NCBI GenBank assembly: GCA_964486045.1
Contig: CAZALK010000002.1
Location: forward strand, 32,001 to 96,000
DNA length: 64,000 nucleotides
Direction: 5' to 3'
Source of the DNA: an uncultured archaeon
GTDB taxonomy: Archaea > Asgardarchaeota > Lokiarchaeia > Sigyniarchaeales > SOKP01
A model generated the notes under the pieces. It did not search any database. It saw only the letters and a list, made by a program, of their open reading frames with translations, and was not told the origin of the DNA. The translations under genes were made by a program, and so were the position numbers. Below, one piece after another: positions 9,363 through 18,729 of this stretch; position 1 is the first letter of the stretch; every line of letters begins with the position of its first letter.

Positions 9363-10103
9363 ATGACATTAGATATTGAAAATATCAGAATTGATAATGT
9401 AAAAGAAAACATCGAAAAACTTAATGAAGAATTTAAGGTGATGAGCTCAAAAGATATTTTAAATTGGGCTTTTAAGACTTTTGGTGAGAGAATTGTATTA
9501 GCAAGCAGTTTAGGCTTAGAAGACCAAGTATTAACTGATCTATCTGTGAAATTATTCTCAAAAGTTCGGGTTTTTGTATTAGATACTGGAAGACTCCACC
9601 AAAAAACTTATGATGTACTTGAAGAAAGTATGGAAAAATACCACATTAAATATGAGATACTATTTCCTAAACTTGAGGATGTACAAGCTCTAGAAGAAGA
9701 ACATGGTCCTAACCCTTTTTACAAATCTTTGGAATTGAGGCATCGTTGTTGTAGAATTAGGAAAGTAGAACCATTACGGAGAGTTTTAAGTCGCTATGAT
9801 GCATGGATCACAGGACTTAGGCGAGCTCAGTCTGTTACAAGAACTGAAGTTAAGAAGCTAGAATGGGATGATGTAAACAATATAATCAAACTTAATCCGC
9901 TTTCAGATTGGACTGATAAGGAAGTAGAAGATTACATTTACGAAAATGATACCCCTTATAATAAATTATTCGATGAAGGCTTCACCAGTATTGGTTGTGC
10001 TCCATGTACTCGACCTACAAAAGTTGGTGAGCATCCTAGAGCAGGTAGATGGTGGTGGGAGAATCCTGAAAAGAGAGAATGTGGATTACATGAAAGTCAT
10101 TAA
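9363..10103 (+). CDS. cysH: Assimilatory APS reductase ([4Fe-4S] type)
   Basis: LDTGRL, CC..RKVEPL, SIGCAPCT and C-terminal ECGLH. The CC plus CxxC pair marks the APS-preferring clade. Confidence 0.93.
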   Translation: MTLDIENIRIDNVKENIEKLNEEFKVMSSKDILNWAFKTFGERIVLASSLGLEDQVLTDLSVKLFSKVRVFVLDTGRLHQKTYDVLEESMEKYHIKYEILFPKLEDVQALEEEHGPNPFYKSLELRHRCCRIRKVEPLRRVLSRYDAWITGLRRAQSVTRTEVKKLEWDDVNNIIKLNPLSDWTDKEVEDYIYENDTPYNKLFDEGFTSIGCAPCTRPTKVGEHPRAGRWWWENPEKRECGLHESH

Positions 10104-10161
10104 TTAAAATTAGAATTTTTTTTATTTTTATTTTGAATTATACTAAGAGAATGATTATCGA

Positions 10162-10941
10162 ATGTCTGAAGCTTTCATATACTTACAAATAACAGTTGGT
10201 ATAATCGCGTTTGGGAGTGCGCTAATTAATTCATTTGCCGGTGGCGGGTACGGCACCCTAGCAACACCTTTTTTATTATTTACAGGATTGGAGCCAATTC
10301 AATTTATCCCATCAATATTATTGAGCCATGGTCTTGTTAGTTTATTTTTGATAATAAAAGTTCGTCGAAATCCAGAACGCATAGGGATCTGTGAAGTAAA
10401 TGAATGTGTATATGAAAAGACAACGTTAAAGTATATTCTCTCATTCGGTATATTAGGATTAATTTTATCTTTTCTGGTAATGACCTTTTTAAATAGTTTT
10501 TTTATAAAGTTATATATTGGGGTATTAACTGTCTTTTTAGGAGTTCTCCTTCTATTTTTTAGGAAGAGGCAATTTTTATATTCCCGCAAAAAGATAATTG
10601 GTACATCTATAGTTGCCGCATTTAATAAAGGAATTACTGGTGGAGGATATGGGAGCATTATTTCTTGTGGTCAAATATTTTCTGGAATTGATTGTAAAAA
10701 AGCAGTCTCGACATGTTTTCACGCAAATACGGTTATTAGTTTGTTAGGTTTTGCATTTTATGTCATCCTTCTCCAAAATTTAATCACCTTTGAAATTACA
10801 ATTCCGATGGTTATTGGTGCTTTGTTAGCTGTCCCTGTCGCTGTGAAATCATTGGAAAAGGTCACAAGTTTCAAATTAACAATGATAATAGGATTATTAT
10901 TAATAATAATAGGAGTTTTTACATTTATTCAATTATTTTAG
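10162..10941 (+). CDS. TauE/SafE-family sulfite/sulfate transporter
   Basis: About 8 TM helices with duplicated GGGYG motifs. Confidence 0.85.
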   Translation: MSEAFIYLQITVGIIAFGSALINSFAGGGYGTLATPFLLFTGLEPIQFIPSILLSHGLVSLFLIIKVRRNPERIGICEVNECVYEKTTLKYILSFGILGLILSFLVMTFLNSFFIKLYIGVLTVFLGVLLLFFRKRQFLYSRKKIIGTSIVAAFNKGITGGGYGSIISCGQIFSGIDCKKAVSTCFHANTVISLLGFAFYVILLQNLITFEITIPMVIGALLAVPVAVKSLEKVTSFKLTMIIGLLLIIIGVFTFIQLF

Positions 10942-10977
10942 AGATTTTGGAAAACTGAGAAAAATGAGAGAAATCAA

Positions 10978-11985
10978 ATGAAGTTATCAATAAAAAATGA
11001 GAAAAACAGGGCATTACCATTAGATAATAAACTAAAAGTCTATAATAACATAGAAGAGTTAATATCATCATTAGATAATCCAACACCAATAGTAAAACTA
11101 AATGAAAGGATTAATCCTAACCATAGATTCCTAATTTATTTAAAATTAGAACGATTTAATCCATTTGGATCAATTAAAGATAGAATAGCTCTATTAATGA
11201 TAAATAATCTTGATCTTAGAGAAAATAAGACAATATTAGAGCCTTCATCAGGAAATACGGGTATCGCATTAACTGCTATAGCAAATTCAAGAGGAATTCC
11301 TATTGAAATAGCTGTGCCTAGTAGGATCCCAGAGGAGAAAAAATCCCTCCTACGATTTCTTGGAGTTGATTTATTATGGGAGGCTGAAGATGAATTATGT
11401 CCAGCATACCCTAATGAAGGTGCGAGAGGTTTGGTGAATGGTATCCTTGAAAGTGCAGGAGGAGAGAATTATTCGAGTCCAAATCAATATGAGAATAAAC
11501 TAAATGTACTAGCACATTATCACACTACTGGACCTGAGATATGGAAGCAAACAAGAGGGAAAATTGAATATTTTTTTTCGGGTTTAGGAACGTGTGGTAC
11601 AATCACTGGAGTAGGGAAATATCTTAAGGAAAAAAATCCTTCCATAAAGATAATCGGGATAGAACCAGACGTTCCAAATCATAATTTACCAGGAATGAAA
11701 AGAATTACGAACCTCAGAGAAGATTATATTCCAAAAATCTTAAATAAAAACGTAATTGATAATATCATAGAAATTGATGATGATACAGCGTATAGGACTG
11801 GGATAGAAATAGCACGGAAGACCGGAATATTAGTTGGTCCAACAACGGGTGCTATAGTCGCGGGGGCATTAGAATATTCAGAACTATCAGAGGGAATAGC
11901 AGTATGTATCTCTCCGGATGATGCCTTTAAGTATATGAGTTCATATGCTTCTTACGTAAAAGATGATGGTAAATTAATACTTTAA
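10978..11985 (+). CDS. Second cysteine-synthase-family PLP enzyme (CysM-like)
   Basis: NPFGSIKDR, EPSSGNTG, GLGTCGT; divergent C-terminal loop (HNLPGMK). Confidence 0.88.
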   Translation: MKLSIKNEKNRALPLDNKLKVYNNIEELISSLDNPTPIVKLNERINPNHRFLIYLKLERFNPFGSIKDRIALLMINNLDLRENKTILEPSSGNTGIALTAIANSRGIPIEIAVPSRIPEEKKSLLRFLGVDLLWEAEDELCPAYPNEGARGLVNGILESAGGENYSSPNQYENKLNVLAHYHTTGPEIWKQTRGKIEYFFSGLGTCGTITGVGKYLKEKNPSIKIIGIEPDVPNHNLPGMKRITNLREDYIPKILNKNVIDNIIEIDDDTAYRTGIEIARKTGILVGPTTGAIVAGALEYSELSEGIAVCISPDDAFKYMSSYASYVKDDGKLIL

Positions 11986-12066
11986 GGAAATTAGAATTTT
12001 TATTAAAGTGAAAGTAAATACAATCGTGCTTAAAGGAAGATTACAAATATAAAAAGGTGTAAAAAA

Positions 12067-13569
12067 ATGACAAATGATGACATCCTTCGATTTGTAGGAA
12101 GATATTCACTGGGTCGAGACAGTAATCCAAGGAATTATAAGGATTCACTTCATTTTTTAAGATTTAAAGTGCCTGGTGGCTTTATTTCTTCTGAACAATT
12201 ACGAGGAGTAGCAGAGCTAACACAAAAATTTAGTCAAAATTTAGCAGAAATAACTGATAGAGAAGATATTCAACTACATTGGGTAAGATCGGAAGATTCT
12301 ATGGAGATATTTAAAATAATGGAAAATTTAGGGTTTACTACAGATATGTGTGGTCAAGGTTTTGGTGGAGCAAGATATGGTGATGCCCGAAATATTATTT
12401 TATGCCCAGCCTCCGGTATAGAGAAGAATGAGCTAATAGATGGTAGACCTCTTATGGAGAAACTGACAAAATTTCTTATTGGAAACCCAGATTTTCTAGA
12501 TATGCCTAAAAAGTTTAAGTTTTCAATCTCAGCTTGCGGTTCTGATTGTGTAAGAGGCATAACAAATGATCTTGCTTACGTTGGAGTGAAGAAAGGAGAT
12601 GATATTGGCTATACACTTTTTATTGGAGGGAGTGCTGGGAGTACTCAACCAGGTCCTAGGTTAGCAAAACGATTAAATGTGTTTGTAAGACCAGAAGATG
12701 CATTTGATGTAGGTATTGCGATGATAAAAATTCATAGAGATCATAGTAATCGTGAAACTAAAGTCAAAGCCAGATTTAAATGGTTGGTCAATGAATGGGG
12801 TGCTAAAAAGATCCAAAGTATGGTGGAAGAAAAGCTTGGAAGAAAATTTGAATTCTTTGACGGTCCGGCGTTCACAGAAAATAGTAATCATGAAGGAATT
12901 CATCCACAAAGTCAAGAAGGAAAATATTATATCAATGTTCCTATTCAAGGAGGTAGATTGTCCAACGATGAGATGATTTTTTTTGCAGATCTCGCAGATA
13001 ATTATGGATTGGGTGAATTAAGGTTAACTCCTACTCAAAATATTATAATACCTGATGTTAAAGATAGAACAGAAGTGGTAAAAGTCCTTAGTGAAAAGAA
13101 TTTTTCTATGGAAGGTCCAAATTTAAAATGGTCAAGTATTGGATGCTCTTCTGATTTTTGTGGAAAAACTATTGAACCCCACGTCAAACAAATAACTGCT
13201 GATTTAGTTAATTATCTAATTAGAAATTTTAAACTCGAATTACTTAATGAGTCAGGTATAATTATTCAGGCTAATGGATGTCCAAATCACTGTTGTGCTA
13301 GCAGTCTATCTGAGATCGGTTTGAGCGGTGTAGTCGTTAAAATTGAAGGAGAACCAATACAAACATACAATATCGTGTTGGGAGGCGGAGTCGGTCCTGA
13401 TGCGATTTTAGGGAGAGTAATAGAAAGAATTATCCCTCATAATCAAATAAATGAGAAGATTGCTTCCTTGATCAATAATTACATTACGATTAGGCAAGAA
13501 TCTGAAAGATTTCGAGATTTTTGTAACCGCTTTTCAGAAGAAGAATTAATGAATTATCTAAAAGTGTAA
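12067..13569 (+). CDS. sir: Ferredoxin-type siroheme sulfite (or nitrite) reductase
   Basis: PKKFK, LRLTPTQN, ligands GCSSDFC and NGCPNHC; sulfate-assimilation gene context. Confidence 0.88.
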   Translation: MTNDDILRFVGRYSLGRDSNPRNYKDSLHFLRFKVPGGFISSEQLRGVAELTQKFSQNLAEITDREDIQLHWVRSEDSMEIFKIMENLGFTTDMCGQGFGGARYGDARNIILCPASGIEKNELIDGRPLMEKLTKFLIGNPDFLDMPKKFKFSISACGSDCVRGITNDLAYVGVKKGDDIGYTLFIGGSAGSTQPGPRLAKRLNVFVRPEDAFDVGIAMIKIHRDHSNRETKVKARFKWLVNEWGAKKIQSMVEEKLGRKFEFFDGPAFTENSNHEGIHPQSQEGKYYINVPIQGGRLSNDEMIFFADLADNYGLGELRLTPTQNIIIPDVKDRTEVVKVLSEKNFSMEGPNLKWSSIGCSSDFCGKTIEPHVKQITADLVNYLIRNFKLELLNESGIIIQANGCPNHCCASSLSEIGLSGVVVKIEGEPIQTYNIVLGGGVGPDAILGRVIERIIPHNQINEKIASLINNYITIRQESERFRDFCNRFSEEELMNYLKV

Positions 13570-13584
13570 AATAGGTGATAATAA

Positions 13585-13851
13585 ATGTCAGGAAACCAGA
13601 TAAAATTGCAAAAAATTGATGATAATCTTTACGAGTTAGATGTGCGGGGACTTGTGTGCCCATTTCCACAAGTTATGGTTACAAGAGCATTAGTAGACAT
13701 GGAAGAGGAAGAAGTCTTGGAAGTAATTATTGATAATCCACCTTCTATTAGAGATATCCCCCTAGCTTTAGAGAGAAAAGGATATAAATCAGAGGTAATA
13801 AAAGTCGATAAAATCACATCTAAAATCGTAATTCAAGCAAAAAAGGAATAA
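13585..13851 (+). CDS. TusA/SirA-family sulfurtransferase
   Basis: LDVRGLVCPFP motif. Confidence 0.9.
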   Translation: MSGNQIKLQKIDDNLYELDVRGLVCPFPQVMVTRALVDMEEEEVLEVIIDNPPSIRDIPLALERKGYKSEVIKVDKITSKIVIQAKKE

Positions 13852-13912
13852 TTTGAAGTAAATTTATTAAAAAAAAGCCCCTTAGGATATTGAATACTTT
13901 ACTACTTATACT

Positions 13913-15112
13913 TCAAACTATTTTTATTTCATCATCTGTCAAATAGCATGCAGGATCTGGACCCCAAACATCACCTACTAATGCTAACGATCTAACTCTC
14001 GAGCCACCCTTACAAATTTCAAAAAATCGACAATTATTCACTGAACATCTTCCTTTAATATACTGTGCTTTATTTTTTAATCCCTTCATTATTGGGTCTG
14101 AAGTATCCTCCCATATCTCACGAAAAGATCTGTCCTTTATATTACCAAATGAATAGTCGTTCCAAAATTGATTAGCATGAACATTTCCAAGAAAATCTAT
14201 TGAAGCAATAGTCTCACCTGTGCCATCTCCCCCATTTCTTTTTAAAAGTTCATACGCCCATTCTGCTTTGGCTGGATCTTCTTTATGTAAGTAATGATAG
14301 AGAAAGCCCGCATCACAATAATTACCAACAAGCAGAGATTCAATAGGATAACCTTTTTTATGGTGCATTTTAGTTAATTCAAAATACTTTGTAATTGCGT
14401 TCCTCCATTGGTTAGGTGGTAGATCGCTATTTAAAATGTCCCTTCCTCTTCCGGAATAATCAAGGTGATACACACAACATCTATTTACTCCAATATCTCG
14501 AAGTTTCAGCAACACACCTGATAAATCCAAATAATTATATTTAGTGAGTGTAAATCTTAATCCAGTTTTAATATCAGCATTTAATGAATTTCTCATTCCA
14601 TTAATTGCTAATTTGAATGCACCTCTTACACCTCTAAATTTATCATTTATTTCAGCTAAACCATCTAAAGAAACACCGATATATTTAACACCCGCTTTTT
14701 TGGCAGTTAAAGCATTCTCCTTGGAAATAAGTGTCCCATTTGTCGAAATGACAGGTCTTAAATTTAATCCATCCGCATATTCAATTAATTCAAATAAATC
14801 CTTTCTCATGAAAGGTTCTCCACCCGAAAATAGGACAACTGGACATCCATAATTTGCTATGCTTTCTAATAGTGCTTTACCTTCTTCTGTACTCAACTCA
14901 CCTTCAATAGGTTTAGTTGACGCGGAAGCATAACAATGAACACATTTCAAATTACACTGTCTAGTGGAATTCCATACGACTATAGGCTTGTTTGATTTTA
15001 CATCATGTTTATTATAACTAATCTGCTTTGGACTGCCTACGTATGCTGCCCTGTATCTTAATCCATCGGACTCGCTAAGAGCCCCCAATAAAAGTTTTGA
15101 TACTCCAATCAT
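13913..15112 (-). CDS. ahbC: Fe-coproporphyrin III synthase (radical SAM/SPASM, NirJ1-like)
   Basis: Starts MIGVSKLL (start moved to ATG 15112); PIVVWNSTRQCNLKCVHCY; last gene of the haem operon. Confidence 0.85.
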   Translation of the reverse strand: MIGVSKLLLGALSESDGLRYRAAYVGSPKQISYNKHDVKSNKPIVVWNSTRQCNLKCVHCYASASTKPIEGELSTEEGKALLESIANYGCPVVLFSGGEPFMRKDLFELIEYADGLNLRPVISTNGTLISKENALTAKKAGVKYIGVSLDGLAEINDKFRGVRGAFKLAINGMRNSLNADIKTGLRFTLTKYNYLDLSGVLLKLRDIGVNRCCVYHLDYSGRGRDILNSDLPPNQWRNAITKYFELTKMHHKKGYPIESLLVGNYCDAGFLYHYLHKEDPAKAEWAYELLKRNGGDGTGETIASIDFLGNVHANQFWNDYSFGNIKDRSFREIWEDTSDPIMKGLKNKAQYIKGRCSVNNCRFFEICKGGSRVRSLALVGDVWGPDPACYLTDDEIKIV

Positions 15113-15117
15113 TAATT

Positions 15118-16554
15118 CTAACTCCATAGATAATTTAAATATGTGTTAAACATTCCTTGGAAAGTATACTCCCTTGCGGTTAAATGAGGGATCGAAAGAT
15201 GTTTAGAGGTTTCTGGTCCAATTGAAATGATTATAGGTTTTTCCAAGACTTTTTTATCTAACAGCTCAATACCTTTTGCACACGAAGCTGACATGACGAA
15301 GATCGCATCAGCATCTTTCACAATATTAGGATCTGCTGGCAGTGGTTTTATATCATATAAATAAACTGAGGAAACGATAAAAATTGATTTAAGCATATTT
15401 TTTAATTCATTTGTAGCTGCTGAAGATCGGAGTAAGAGAACCTTATCTCCTTTTTGAAGATTTGTTAAAATTTGCTTCCCTAGACCTTCAGAATTGTATT
15501 TTTTCCCCATATGAGCGTTAATTTGAAATTTTTCAAAAAGTAGATTTCTTGTTTTAGGGCCAATTGCGAAAACTTTTCCTTTGAAGGTACTTAAATCTAC
15601 CTTCTCACCAACCCTATTTACTCCTTCTACAGATGTGAATACGATTGCATTAAAATCATCTAATCTTGGAATATCAAATTTTCTGGGAACGACTTCTATA
15701 AGGGGCATAGATATTGATTCAATCTTATATGCTTTAAGCAATTTCTCACTTTCTTTTGAATGTTTTTTAGCACGTGCGATAACAATTTGCTTGTCTTTCA
15801 ATTCTTTTATTTTTCTTTCAAACCAATTTAATTTACTATGTAAATTTGTAATTACTCCTATAACGAAAATTGTGGGGGGTGTTATACCCTCCAGTCCTTC
15901 AGCTAATAGTCCTAACGTTGTAAGTTTTGTATTTTGTTTAAGCGTTGTTCCCCAGTTTATAGCAGCTACAGGAGTAGATTTCTTCCTTCCTACTTTTATG
16001 AGTTTTTGAGAAATTTCTTGAATTTTCGATGCCCCCATTAGAATAATAATGGTTTCTGGTAAAGCTGACCAATTAATTGCTGCTTTTGCTTTAGTTGATT
16101 CATGCCCCGTTAAGACTGCAAATACAGAATTATACTCTCTATGAGTAATTGGAATGCCGGCATATGCGGGTGCGGCAGAAAATGAAGATATACCAGGTAC
16201 TACTTCAAATTTAATGCTTGAAGCTTCACATAGTAAAGCCTCTTCTCCACCTCTACCAAAAATAAAAGGATCTCCCCCTTTAAGCCTTACTACTTTATAA
16301 TCACGACCATACGTTATAATCGCAGAATTAATTTCATTTTGTCTTTGTTGGGATGATATAGATTCACCGTCTCGTTTTCCCATATATATGATTTTACATT
16401 CTGCCTTCGCCCAATTTAGAATTTCTTCATTAATCAATCTATCATAAATAATAACTTCAGCTTCTTCAATTAAGCGTTTAGCTTTTAAGGTAACTAACTC
16501 CATATCACCAGGACCAGCACCAACTATATAAACAACCATGATTTTATTCATCAC
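15118..16554 (-). CDS. cobA-hemD: Uroporphyrinogen-III C-methyltransferase / uroporphyrinogen-III synthase fusion
   Basis: VGAGPGD and RLKGGDPFIFGRGGEE, followed by a HemD domain (IVFTS, AIGPKT, SIGPET). Confidence 0.92.
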   Translation of the reverse strand: MMNKIMVVYIVGAGPGDMELVTLKAKRLIEEAEVIIYDRLINEEILNWAKAECKIIYMGKRDGESISSQQRQNEINSAIITYGRDYKVVRLKGGDPFIFGRGGEEALLCEASSIKFEVVPGISSFSAAPAYAGIPITHREYNSVFAVLTGHESTKAKAAINWSALPETIIILMGASKIQEISQKLIKVGRKKSTPVAAINWGTTLKQNTKLTTLGLLAEGLEGITPPTIFVIGVITNLHSKLNWFERKIKELKDKQIVIARAKKHSKESEKLLKAYKIESISMPLIEVVPRKFDIPRLDDFNAIVFTSVEGVNRVGEKVDLSTFKGKVFAIGPKTRNLLFEKFQINAHMGKKYNSEGLGKQILTNLQKGDKVLLLRSSAATNELKNMLKSIFIVSSVYLYDIKPLPADPNIVKDADAIFVMSASCAKGIELLDKKVLEKPIIISIGPETSKHLSIPHLTAREYTFQGMFNTYLNYLWS

Positions 16555-17456
16555 TTTCTAATATTTTCAAGAATCTCATTACCACCCATAGATAAAAGGT
16601 TTTTGGCTAATTTAGAAGCTATTTTGACGGAATCTTGTATTTTTGAATTAAGCTTGTCCTTTATAAACTGTTTACCGTCGATTGATGAAATAAATCCAAG
16701 TATCTCATATGTATCATTTTCAAAATTTAAATTAGAATAAGCTCCCGCAGGTACTTGACATCCTGCTTCTAGATTAGTTAAAAAAATTCTTTCAGCTTCA
16801 CATGCTATTTTCGAAGGAGGATCTTCTAATTTTGAGATAATTTTTAATACCTTTTTGTCGTCTTTTCTCGCAGTTATTCCCAAAGCGCCTTGACATACGG
16901 CTGGAATAAATTCTTTTGGGGGAAGAGGTGAATAATTATTATATCCTAGTCGGATTAATCCAGCTTCTGCGATTATGATTGCATCATATTGTTTTTCATT
17001 TAACTTCTTAAGTCTCGTATCAATATTCCCCCTTAGTTCAGCGACATTTAAATCTGGACGAAAATTGAGAATTTCAGCCCTCCTTCGAAGGCTTGAGGTT
17101 CCAATCTTTGCATTTTTCGGAATAGAATTTAGATTTTTATAAGTTCCTACTAAAGCATCATTAGCAGATTCTCTCTTAGGGATTGCTGCTATTATTAGTC
17201 CTTCGGGAAGATCTGTTGGTAGATCTTTAAGAGAGTGAACAGCAAAGTCAATTTCACCAGCAAGTAATGCTTGATCTAGCTCCTTTGTAAAAAAACCTTT
17301 ACCTTCAATTTTTGCAAGGGCTATATCAGTTATTTTATCACCTTTAGTTGAAATTTTATTTATTTGTACATCACAATCTAACTTATCTATAATTAATTTC
17401 GTCTGTACTAATGCTAACCTTGATCCTCGAGACCCTGCTATTAAAAGTTTCATCAA
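16551..17456 (-). CDS. hemC: Hydroxymethylbilane synthase
   Basis: GSRGSRLALVQ, KGFFTKEL, AVHSLKDLP, GTSSLRR and GCQVP. Confidence 0.97.
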   Translation of the reverse strand: MMKLLIAGSRGSRLALVQTKLIIDKLDCDVQINKISTKGDKITDIALAKIEGKGFFTKELDQALLAGEIDFAVHSLKDLPTDLPEGLIIAAIPKRESANDALVGTYKNLNSIPKNAKIGTSSLRRRAEILNFRPDLNVAELRGNIDTRLKKLNEKQYDAIIIAEAGLIRLGYNNYSPLPPKEFIPAVCQGALGITARKDDKKVLKIISKLEDPPSKIACEAERIFLTNLEAGCQVPAGAYSNLNFENDTYEILGFISSIDGKQFIKDKLNSKIQDSVKIASKLAKNLLSMGGNEILENIRK

Positions 17457-17463
17457 ATTTGCC

Positions 17464-18729
17464 TCAGCTTTGATTGGAGGGTAGATCTCTATATCCCATG
17501 AATAGGTTTGTAAATTTTTCTAATTCTTCTGCATCCAACGGATTTTCTCGAACTTGTGATAAAAAGTTATGCATTAATTTCTTCATTAAAGATTTTGAAA
17601 AACCTTCAAGAACTTGCTTGATCTTAGGCTCAATAACACCATCTAACATATAAATAGCTTTTTCAAGTTCTTTATTTCTTATAGATTCTGTATATTTATT
17701 GAGATTTGCAAAATATTTTTCAATATGCAACTGCCGTAATTTTTTCATAAAATTCTCATTTTCTCTGTTAATTATCTTCTCAACTTTGCACACTTCGCTC
17801 AAACGAGCTTCTAGGTTCTTATTTGCGATTTCTCTAAGATCTTTATATGAATAGATATGAACATTATTGATTTTTGAAGCTGATGGATCAATATCTCGAG
17901 GTACTGCAATATCCATAAAATATAATGGGTGTTTACGATAACGCATTACTTTTTTTACAAGTTTTTTTTTAATTAACACTTTAGGAGCTGATGTCGCTGA
18001 TAATACCACATCCACAGATTTGAGAATCTCTGGTAAATAATAGAAATCTGCTGCTTGAGCGTTAAATAGTTTACAAAAGTTGAATAGCTTTTCAGGTGTG
18101 CGACCTATTACTATCATATTAGAAATCTCGAATTCTTTAATATACTCCGCTATTAAACTTGCCATTTTACCATTTCCAAATAAAAGAATCTTCTTGTCTT
18201 TTAATGGGCAAACCTTATTAATCATATCTACCGCTATGGAAGCGATTGATACTTTCCCTTTAGAAATTTGAGTTTCAGATCTTACAAGTTTTCCAAGCTT
18301 AATAGCTTTCTCAAAAGCCAATTCAAGCACACTATCTGTAAAACCATGCTTTTTTGAATAATTATAAGCCTCCTTACATTGAGAGAGAATTTGATTTTCA
18401 CCTACAACCATACTCTCTATAGAAGTTACAACTCTAAATAAATGATTCAGGGTATCAAGATATGTCTTTACTGATAAGAAATTCTTGATATCTTCTCCAA
18501 ATCTTGTGAGCAAAACATTTTTTGCTTGTTTTAATCCTTCAGATTCGGTGTTATCGGTAAAATTGATCTCGAATCGATTACAAGTTTGAATAATTATTAC
18601 GGCATTAATGTTTTTCTTGCTAAGTAACATTTTATGTAGATCTAATTTATCAGACTCGTTTAAAAAAAACCTATCCGGAAATCCTACTGGTGGATTTTTA
18701 TAATCTATACTAATGCTTGCTAAGTACAT
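17464..18729 (-). CDS. hemA: Glutamyl-tRNA reductase
   Basis: TCNRFE, SMVVGENQILSQ and DIAVPRDI. Confidence 0.96.
   Translation of the reverse strand: MYLASISIDYKNPPVGFPDRFFLNESDKLDLHKMLLSKKNINAVIIIQTCNRFEINFTDNTESEGLKQAKNVLLTRFGEDIKNFLSVKTYLDTLNHLFRVVTSIESMVVGENQILSQCKEAYNYSKKHGFTDSVLELAFEKAIKLGKLVRSETQISKGKVSIASIAVDMINKVCPLKDKKILLFGNGKMASLIAEYIKEFEISNMIVIGRTPEKLFNFCKLFNAQAADFYYLPEILKSVDVVLSATSAPKVLIKKKLVKKVMRYRKHPLYFMDIAVPRDIDPSASKINNVHIYSYKDLREIANKNLEARLSEVCKVEKIINRENENFMKKLRQLHIEKYFANLNKYTESIRNKELEKAIYMLDGVIEPKIKQVLEGFSKSLMKKLMHNFLSQVRENPLDAEELEKFTNLFMGYRDLPSNQS

Noticed and set aside
8160-13569. Dissimilatory sulfate reduction
   Set aside because: No aprAB, qmo or dsrAB. The CysH-type reductase, Sir and Cys synthases indicate assimilation.
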